Part shown: piece by piece, positions 26,753-32,000 of the stretch | How positions within the stretch are numbered: the first letter of the stretch is position 1 | Layout: each line of letters starts with the position of its first letter | Assembly (NCBI GenBank): GCA_963753795.1 | Contig: CAVWDS010000006.1 | Coordinates: 98,866-130,865, forward strand | DNA: 32,000 bases | Direction of reading: 5' to 3' | From: an uncultured Acidobacteriota bacterium | Lineage (GTDB): Bacteria; Acidobacteriota; Terriglobia; UBA7540 | The notes under the pieces: model-generated | The model's input: the letters and a program-made list of their open reading frames with translations, nothing else | Told to the model about the DNA's origin: nothing | Databases searched by the model: none | Made by a program: the position numbers and the translations under genes

Positions 26753-27439
26753 ATGCTTGACAAAAACACAACCCCAGCCGTCGTGCCCATGAGCGCGCGC
26801 CTCTGGCACGCCGTACGGAAAGCCGCGCTATCAGTACTGTTCGCGAGCATCCTCATAATTCCCAAAGTCAGAGCCCTGCGCAGAAAGATTTGGGAATGGT
26901 CGGCGGTTCGAGTCCTGATGGCGTCGCTGGGGTGCTTGCTGGGCTGGCGATACAAGCACGCCAAGGGCGGAGTGGTGGATTTGGTTGTGGGTGTCGCGTT
27001 AATGGCTTTCGGCCTGCTGGTTCGCGCCAAGCCGCAAGCCAAGTCGGTGGACGCTCAGGCCCGCCAGCTCGAGGCACTCGTGGTTCTGAACGGCGGGGCG
27101 TTCATCCCGGCAGGAAAAGAACGGCCCTTAACCATGGCGCGCATTTTCGTGAATCCCGACCGGTTATTCGTGGTTGATGAACGCGAGCACACTTTGGAGG
27201 AGATTCCGCTGGTCCGGGTGCGCGAGCTGGCAGCGCAGTCCGTCAGCCGACGGATCCCCGTCTCAGACGAGCCTGAAGCAGAAGCACAAACCTGGGACCT
27301 CGAGATTACCTGGGAAGCAAAGGAGATGCGCACAGCCCGGTTCCGCTATGACGGCGTGTTTGCCGAGCATCTGGCGCGCGTCGCGGAAACCACGGTGCGA
27401 AATCTCTTGCGGAGAGAATTAACGGTCCTTAGGGAATAG
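26753..27439 (+). CDS. Hypothetical membrane protein (N-terminal TM segments plus a soluble C-terminal domain)
   Basis: 228 aa. Hydrophobic stretches: AALSVLFASILII, VRVLMASLGCLLGW, VVDLVVGVALMAFGLLV. I recognise no family motif. The C-terminal beta-rich region could be PH-like, which is speculative. The REP 14-mer sits in frame inside the CDS. Confidence 0.55.
   Translation: MLDKNTTPAVVPMSARLWHAVRKAALSVLFASILIIPKVRALRRKIWEWSAVRVLMASLGCLLGWRYKHAKGGVVDLVVGVALMAFGLLVRAKPQAKSVDAQARQLEALVVLNGGAFIPAGKERPLTMARIFVNPDRLFVVDEREHTLEEIPLVRVRELAAQSVSRRIPVSDEPEAEAQTWDLEITWEAKEMRTARFRYDGVFAEHLARVAETTVRNLLRRELTVLRE
27240..27253. repeat. REP-like 14-mer CCGTCAGCCGACGG inside a CDS (copy 5 of 5)
   Basis: Exact 14-mer, translated as QSVSRRIP in the 26753-27439 ORF. 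Confidence 0.7.
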
Positions 27440-27570
27440 GGAATAGGTAACCGGGAACAGGAGAAGGGCGAATAGGGAGTAGGGAATCGGGAACAGCGCG
27501 CAGGAGAAGAGCAGCCGTCGACACCTGTTCCCTATTCCCTGTTCCCTGTTCCCTGCCCCCTGTTCCCTAC
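27430..27570. repeat. Heptamer array H5: TAGGGAA-type x12 facing CCTGTTC x6, filling a convergent intergenic gap
   Basis: Left arm 27430-27514, loop 27515-27523, right arm 27524-27570. The TAG stop of the plus-strand gene (27437-27439) is part of a unit. The minus-strand rSAM stop lies at 27572-27574. It could act as a bidirectional terminator hairpin. Confidence 0.8.
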
Positions 27571-27571
27571 G

Positions 27572-28633
27572 TCAGCGGATGGTGTCGCCGGCCAGTCCCC
27601 AGAAGTCCTTCGCGTAGTAGGACGAAAGCACATTCCCAAACAGATGGCAGATGCCGTGGCAGTCGGGAATGTCCCCGTAGAGTTTACGGCCTCGCGCGAA
27701 GACCTTCTTGAACGATCCTTCGCGCAACAGGTTCCCACCGATCTTTTTGAGTGGCTCGCAGGGATAAAACACATCGCCGTTGGGGTAGACGCGCGGAAAC
27801 ATGGTCGGGAAGCACTGGAAATCGCCGAACTCGAGCAGGGTGCGAATGAGCTTGGGCGTGCCATTGATGGGCTGAGCGCGCTCGCGCCGGCGCTGCACGA
27901 TCTTCTCAACCAGGGCTTGGTAGCGCGGGTTCTGCCGCAGGCGAAGGTTGGGCAACTTCTCGTTCAGCGCCGTCTGCGTGGCGAAGACAAATCCCTGCTC
28001 GCCGCAGAAGTCCATGATGCTCTCGATATCAGCGATATTCCATTCTTCGATGACCGTGCTGATGGTGATGTCCGTTGGCTTCGAGAAGCGCGACTTGGCC
28101 AGTTGCAGGTTCTCGAGCACCCTGGCGAGGACAGCGGGCTTGGACATGGGCTTGGTCGAATCCGCCTCGAGCGAATCCAGGCTGACGATGAGGCTGTGCA
28201 AGGAGTCAAACAACCCCTGCCGTTTATGCAGGAGCGTGCCATTGGTGATGAGCAGCACCGAGCGAAACTTCAAATCATGCCGCGCCGCGCGGGCCAGTTC
28301 CTCGATATCGTCGCGCAAGGTCGGCTCCCCGCCCGTGAAGAGGATCGAATCAGTTCCCTTGCGCACGATTCGAAGCAACTTGACGGTCTCGGCGGTGGGC
28401 AGTTCCTGGCTGAAGACGTCCGGCTCCTTTTGGGTGCAGTACGTGCAGGCCAGATTGCATTTATGGGTGACGTAAAGTATCGCCGCATAGGGCGCCACAA
28501 CGTTGGTGCGTCGAATCTCACGCCGATAAAGGTTCTGGAAATAATGTTTGAAGTTCTTCAGGACAAAGGGATAGTGTCGCAGCAATCCCTTCAGGAGGGC
28601 CAGCCCCTTTTGTTCTGAACGCCCCTCGCCCAT
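27572..28633 (-). CDS. Radical SAM protein of unknown function with a Cys-rich C-terminal region
   Basis: 353 aa. HKCNLACTYC (CxxxCxxC), TGGEPTL and ITNG are present. The C-terminus carries extra cysteines (FQCFP, YPCEPL, DCHGICHLFG), suggesting an auxiliary-cluster (SPASM/twitch-like) region. No Shine-Dalgarno sequence; the start overlaps the stop of an upstream ORF (TAATG). Confidence 0.85.
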   Translation of the reverse strand: MGEGRSEQKGLALLKGLLRHYPFVLKNFKHYFQNLYRREIRRTNVVAPYAAILYVTHKCNLACTYCTQKEPDVFSQELPTAETVKLLRIVRKGTDSILFTGGEPTLRDDIEELARAARHDLKFRSVLLITNGTLLHKRQGLFDSLHSLIVSLDSLEADSTKPMSKPAVLARVLENLQLAKSRFSKPTDITISTVIEEWNIADIESIMDFCGEQGFVFATQTALNEKLPNLRLRQNPRYQALVEKIVQRRRERAQPINGTPKLIRTLLEFGDFQCFPTMFPRVYPNGDVFYPCEPLKKIGGNLLREGSFKKVFARGRKLYGDIPDCHGICHLFGNVLSSYYAKDFWGLAGDTIR

Positions 28634-28872
28634 TAACCAGAAGCGTATACGAAGACGCGGAGTCCCGGCAAGGCTTTTGAGGCCAATGAGGTGGAAGTGG
28701 GGCCTAAATGCTTCCTATCAGTGCTCCCCGGGGGGCATCGGCAGCGAAAGTTCGAATCACGGGTGGCGGCGACATTGCTTTCTATGTCGCCGACCCCTGG
28801 GTTCCACCCCACACCCATGGTCCGATAGCCCCGCCCGTTGTGCGCAGACATACAAGACAATGTCTGCGCCAC
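28633..28872 (-). CDS. Doubtful 79-codon ORF translationally coupled to the radical SAM gene
   Basis: GTG start at 28872, with internal ATGs at 28851 and 28818. The stop overlaps the rSAM ATG (TAATG). No recognisable family, a weak RBS, and two strong palindromes inside it. It could equally be untranslated leader. Confidence 0.2.
   Translation of the reverse strand: MAQTLSCMSAHNGRGYRTMGVGWNPGVGDIESNVAATRDSNFRCRCPPGSTDRKHLGPTSTSLASKALPGLRVFVYASG
28767..28792. promoter_or_regulatory. Palindrome A: CGGCGACAT-N8-ATGTCGCCG
   Basis: Perfect 9-bp arms with an 8-nt spacer. It shares the GACAT-N8-ATGTC core with palindrome B, 76 bp away, in the divergent region between the rSAM and PD40 genes. Confidence 0.4.
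28842..28869. promoter_or_regulatory. Palindrome B: GCGCAGACAT-N8-ATGTCTGCGC
   Basis: Perfect 10-bp arms with an 8-nt spacer and the same GACAT-N8-ATGTC core as palindrome A. No flanking T-tract on either strand. Confidence 0.4.
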
Positions 28873-29000
28873 CCTCGCTACCCCGCACCAGCTGCTCGTG
28901 TCACTCGGGAGATCGCAGGGTCGAAAATACGATTTTCATCAAGTTTCGCGGGCCGAAGGCACTAAGGGACAGGCCCCAAACAACTTGGGTCAGCGCCAGC

Positions 29001-29036
29001 CATTGCCATTTTCTATTTTCCATTTTCCAGTTTCCA
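29001..29036. repeat. Heptamer array H6: ATTTTCC-type x5 (reverse complement of the GAAA family)
   Basis: cattgcc attttct attttcc attttcc agtttcc. TTTCTATTTTCC (29010-29021) is the exact reverse complement of GGAAAATAGAAA in array H7 (31655-31666). Confidence 0.6.
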
Positions 29037-29069
29037 GGTATATGTTGTAGGTCGGGTCGGAGATCAACG

Positions 29070-29102
29070 ATGGAAATTCACGAAGATGTGGTGATGAAAT
29101 GA
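29070..29102 (+). CDS. Possible 10-codon leader ORF (MEIHEDVVMK) overlapping the downstream start
   Basis: GGAGA lies 6 nt upstream of the ATG at 29070. Its TGA overlaps the ATG of the PD40 gene (ATGA at 29099-29102). The main gene has no Shine-Dalgarno sequence of its own and no alternative in-frame start after the stop at 29048-29050. Confidence 0.25.
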   Translation: MEIHEDVVMK

Positions 29103-31663
29103 AGGGCGCCGCTGAAACCGCTCTGTTGCTGGTTACATTCTCTTGCATGGCTTTCGCGCAGAAGGCGGACACCTCGCAGCCGCCGCCCATCCTCAGCGAT
29201 GCGGGGCGATATCCAGCCGCGCGCCACGGCGGGCCGTACATGTGGAATTACTATATCCCGCCGGCGCCGGGAACCACCCCCTGGGCGCCTTGCTGGTCGC
29301 CGGACGGCAAGCGGATCGCGGTGGCGATGCAAGGTTCGATTTGGATTGTGGACCCCGAGACAGGCAAAGCCGCCGAGATCACGAAAACCAGCGGCTACGC
29401 CTCTTTGCCAACCTGGTCGCCTGACGGAAAGTGGATCGTCTACACCTCCGACTACGACCACCGGCGCATTCAACTGGAAGCAGTAGAGCTATCCAGCGGC
29501 GATTTCCACGCGCTCACGAGCGACGACGCGATCTACCTGGACCCGGCCTTTTCACCGGACGGCACGCAACTCACCTACGTATCGACCCTGCCTAACGGTT
29601 ATTTCAATATCTACGTGCGCGCCATACACGATGGCCGGTGGAGCGGCGAGCCCGTTGCGGTTACCGCGGACGCCGCCTATCCGCGCGACCGACTCTATTT
29701 TGGCGAATGGGATATGCACACCCAGCCCGCCTGGACGCCGGACGGCAAGGAGCTGGTCTTCATCTGGAATCGCGACGTGCCTCTCGGCTCGGGCGATCTT
29801 TGGCGGGCGCCGGCCATAGCTGGCGGCATGCGCCATGCGACGCGCATCCTGCACGAACAGACGCTCTACCGCACGCGCCCGCACGTCTCGCCCGATGGGA
29901 ATCGCATTGTGTACGCTTCCACAGGCGGGGCGGCCGACCAGTACAACAATCTCTACCTTCTCCCGATCGGGGGCGGTGATCCGTACAAAATCACCATCGG
30001 AGCCTACGACCACTTTCATCCCCGCTGGTCTCCCGACGGCGAGTGGATCGCCTTCATCTCGAATGAAGCCGGGCTGCCGCAGTTATGCCTGCTGGAGACC
30101 TGGGGCGGCGCCGTCAAGAAGGTTCGCATCACGGCGCGCGCCTGGAAGCGCCCCATGGGCAGGCTTCACGCGCGCGTCATCGATGCGGCGACAGGGCTGC
30201 CGACCTCGGCGCGCATTCAGGGGACTGGGGCAGACGGCCGAGCTTATGCGCCGGTTGACACCTATGCGCGGCTGAGCAGCTCCGGACCGCCTTACTTCCA
30301 TACAACCGGTGAGTTCACCGCCGAATTTCCACCCGGGCGGATGACCCTCGAAGCGATAAAAGGATTCGAGTACCAGCCTGATAAACAGCAATTCGAGATC
30401 GTGCCCGGCCGCACCACGTCCGCCACTTTCACTCTGCGCCGCATCGCGAATCTCCCCGCCCAAGGCTGGTACAGCGGCTCGACGCACGTCCACATGAACT
30501 ACGGCGGCAACCTGCATGACACGCCGCAGAACCTGGCCATGATGGCCAGCGCGGAAGACCTGCACATGGTGAATGCCATGGCAGCCAATAAGGACAACCG
30601 CGTGCTCGACTGGCATTATTTCCGCCCCGGCAGGCAGGAGTACCCGCTGAAGAAAGCCGTTCCCGGCATCAGGATCATGTTCGGTGAAGAGTACCGTCCC
30701 GCGTTCTGGGGACACACCTTCCTGCTCGGCATGCGCGACCACCTCTACTCGCCCTTCGCCGAGAACTATGAAGGGACTGCCATTGCCAGCCTCTATCCGA
30801 CGAACACAGATGTCTTCCGCGAGGTGAAGGCGCAGGGCGGAGTCACCGGCTACGTGCATCCGTTCGGCGATGCGGACCCGGTTGTGTCGGGGTACGGAGC
30901 CAAGGGATTTCCGGTGGACGCAGCCCTGGGCACGCTCGATGCGCTGGAGTGGTCCGGCGCCGTGCGGGCGGAAATGGGTGTGTGGCATCGCCTCCTCAAC
31001 AACGACATCGCGCTCGTGCCGGTGGGCGGCGAGGATTCGGAAAACGACCTCCATGCGCTCAGAACGCTGGGCGCTATTCGAACTTACGTGCACCTCGATG
31101 GCCCGCTCAGCGGCGATGCATGGCTCGAGGCCCTGCGCAAGGGCCGGACGTTCCTAAGCACTGCCCCGCTGCTCGACTTGAAGATTGATGGGCAGTTGCC
31201 CGGCAGCACCTTGCGGCTTCCGGCGGGCGGAGGTACGGTTCTCATTGAAGCGAGCTTGAAGTCGGTTGTCCCGGTGACGAAACTCGTGCTGTACCACCGG
31301 CGCGGGGTGTTGCGCGAGATTCCCGTCAACCCGGACGGCAAGTCGGCCCACTTTCGCGAGCAGGTCCGGCTGCCCGAGAGCGACTGGATTTCGCTCGAGG
31401 CCGAAGGGCCGCCTGATTCGCGGTTCGATTCGGCCTTCGCTCTGGCGATAACCAATGCCGTGCGCGTCTATGTCGGAGACGGAAAGATCCGCGACCGCGC
31501 TTCGGCGGAATACTATGTCCGCTGGATCGATAAGCTCCGCCCCCAGGTCGAGCAGTGGCCGTGGTGGAACTCGGAGGCCGAGAAGAAGCATGTGCTGGCG
31601 CAGCTCGAGGAAGCGCAGCGGGTCTACCGGCAGTTGGCGGACGAGGCGGAAAGTGGAAAATAG
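29099..31663 (+). CDS. Secreted PD40 (TolB-like) beta-propeller fused to a CehA/McbA- or PHP-like metallohydrolase domain
   Basis: Signal-like N-terminus (ALLLVTFSCMAFAQ). Six PD40 repeats (WSPDGKRIAV, WSPDGKWIVYTS, FSPDGTQLTYVS, WTPDGKELVFI, VSPDGNRIVYAS, WSPDGEWIAFIS). The C half has an HxH metal motif (GSTHVHMNYGG) and later His/Asp/Glu residues. The C-domain family assignment is from memory of similarly annotated proteins. Confidence 0.75.
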   Translation: MKGAAETALLLVTFSCMAFAQKADTSQPPPILSDAGRYPAARHGGPYMWNYYIPPAPGTTPWAPCWSPDGKRIAVAMQGSIWIVDPETGKAAEITKTSGYASLPTWSPDGKWIVYTSDYDHRRIQLEAVELSSGDFHALTSDDAIYLDPAFSPDGTQLTYVSTLPNGYFNIYVRAIHDGRWSGEPVAVTADAAYPRDRLYFGEWDMHTQPAWTPDGKELVFIWNRDVPLGSGDLWRAPAIAGGMRHATRILHEQTLYRTRPHVSPDGNRIVYASTGGAADQYNNLYLLPIGGGDPYKITIGAYDHFHPRWSPDGEWIAFISNEAGLPQLCLLETWGGAVKKVRITARAWKRPMGRLHARVIDAATGLPTSARIQGTGADGRAYAPVDTYARLSSSGPPYFHTTGEFTAEFPPGRMTLEAIKGFEYQPDKQQFEIVPGRTTSATFTLRRIANLPAQGWYSGSTHVHMNYGGNLHDTPQNLAMMASAEDLHMVNAMAANKDNRVLDWHYFRPGRQEYPLKKAVPGIRIMFGEEYRPAFWGHTFLLGMRDHLYSPFAENYEGTAIASLYPTNTDVFREVKAQGGVTGYVHPFGDADPVVSGYGAKGFPVDAALGTLDALEWSGAVRAEMGVWHRLLNNDIALVPVGGEDSENDLHALRTLGAIRTYVHLDGPLSGDAWLEALRKGRTFLSTAPLLDLKIDGQLPGSTLRLPAGGGTVLIEASLKSVVPVTKLVLYHRRGVLREIPVNPDGKSAHFREQVRLPESDWISLEAEGPPDSRFDSAFALAITNAVRVYVGDGKIRDRASAEYYVRWIDKLRPQVEQWPWWNSEAEKKHVLAQLEEAQRVYRQLADEAESGK

Positions 31664-31780
31664 AAACTGGAAAATGCAAAACCCGAAATCCGACATTCGT
31701 AAGCCGAAACTCGACAAGCGAAATCCGAAACTCGAAAATCGAATTGCGAAACCCGAAATCGGTAACTAGAAAATTGAAAC
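31648..31780. repeat. Heptamer array H7: NNGAAAN x19 in a single unbroken register
   Basis: ggaaagt ggaaaat agaaact ggaaaat gcaaaac ccgaaat ccgacat tcgtaag ccgaaac tcgacaa gcgaaat ccgaaac tcgaaaa tcgaatt gcgaaac ccgaaat cggtaac tagaaaa ttgaaac. The stop codon of the upstream gene (31661-31663) lies inside unit 2/3. Confidence 0.85.
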
Positions 31781-31797
31781 CGCCGCCCGGACCAAAA

Positions 31798-31876
31798 GGG
31801 GCCTTACTCTCTCCCTGGGGAGAGGGTGGCCCGCGACCGACGCTTTCACCAGTCGGCGCGGGTCAGGTGAGGGGTC
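31798..31876 (+). repeat. ~80-bp dispersed repeat, copy 2
   Basis: Same orientation and architecture as 26636-26713 (CTCTCCCTGGGGAGAGGGTGG...CGCTTTCACCAGTCGGCGCGGGTCAGGTGAGGGGTC). Confidence 0.7.
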
Positions 31877-32000
31877 TTTTCCATGAAGGTTCTTGAACGA
31901 GCCGCGGACCCACAAATGAGGTCCGCGCCACGCCGCTCGCTTTCGGCAATCCTGCGCAAATGAGGGCACGTGAGTGCAGGTGTTAAGGGGATGTCGCCAG

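Noticed and set aside
28745-28765. tRNA-like T-loop word GTTCGAATC
   Set aside because: The flanks do not form a T-stem, acceptor stem or anticodon arm on either strand. No other tRNA-like segment was found in the window.
28677-29102. 141-aa plus-strand ORF ending at the PD40 gene start
   Set aside because: Its composition (Arg/Ser/Cys/Trp-rich) is not protein-like, and it crosses both palindromes and a heptamer array. Only its last 10 codons, which have their own Shine-Dalgarno sequence and ATG, are kept, as a possible leader ORF.
15194-31780. Whether the short tandem repeats are CRISPR arrays
   Set aside because: The period is 7 nt with no unique spacers, the units are degenerate, and no cas genes are present. 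None of this is compatible with CRISPR.
31455-31969. Several 100-190 aa ORFs on both strands (e.g. ...KSEIRNSKIELRNPKS..., ...LSPWGEGGPRPTLSPVGAGQVRG...)
   Set aside because: These are translations of the heptamer array and the 80-bp repeat. The periodic peptide sequence mirrors the DNA repeat rather than a protein fold.
1-32000. Search for a recognisable defence, toxin-antitoxin, secretion or prophage module
   Set aside because: Apart from the two decayed transposase relics, I found no nuclease/helicase/methylase pairs, small adjacent TA-like ORF pairs, integrases or phage structural genes. The LOG-family protein looks like an ordinary stand-alone LOG/TIGR00730-type gene rather than a SLOG sensor fused to an effector.

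Overview
GC-rich bacterial chromosomal window. Gene content and repeat flora look Acidobacteriota-like, but that is inference only. Left: the end of an envelope-glycan cluster (WecA/MraY-like transferase, bi-domain oxidoreductase, wecB), closed by nested IS66/IS630 transposase relics. Centre: an isoprenoid/hopanoid supercluster. ispA-dxs-tauE lie on the minus strand and ispH-shc-hpnH-(hpnA relic)-hpnG on the plus strand. xseB is stranded on the far side, so the block appears to split a classical xseB-ispA-dxs operon. Right: a frameshifted YitJ-type Hcy-methyltransferase/MTHFR gene, DedA, a TPR protein, an M61-PDZ peptidase, a penicillin-acylase-family Ntn hydrolase, PBP4 (dacB), a LOG-family protein, a hypothetical membrane protein, an orphan radical SAM enzyme and a PD40 beta-propeller/metallohydrolase fusion. 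I found no rRNA, tRNA, CRISPR array, or recognisable toxin-antitoxin or defence operon. The novelty is mostly non-coding. (1) Seven loci carry phase-locked degenerate heptamer arrays at gene boundaries, several forming long inverted pairs. (2) A nested-palindrome MITE/REP family is present, including an in-frame insertion in the acylase region just upstream of the catalytic Ser. (3) A relic second 3' end of the acylase gene differs almost only at synonymous sites. (4) The divergent region between the orphan radical SAM gene and its neighbour holds twin palindromes and a translationally coupled small ORF. (5) An IR-bounded structured element lies between convergent genes. All functional calls rest on motif recognition by eye; no database search was run.
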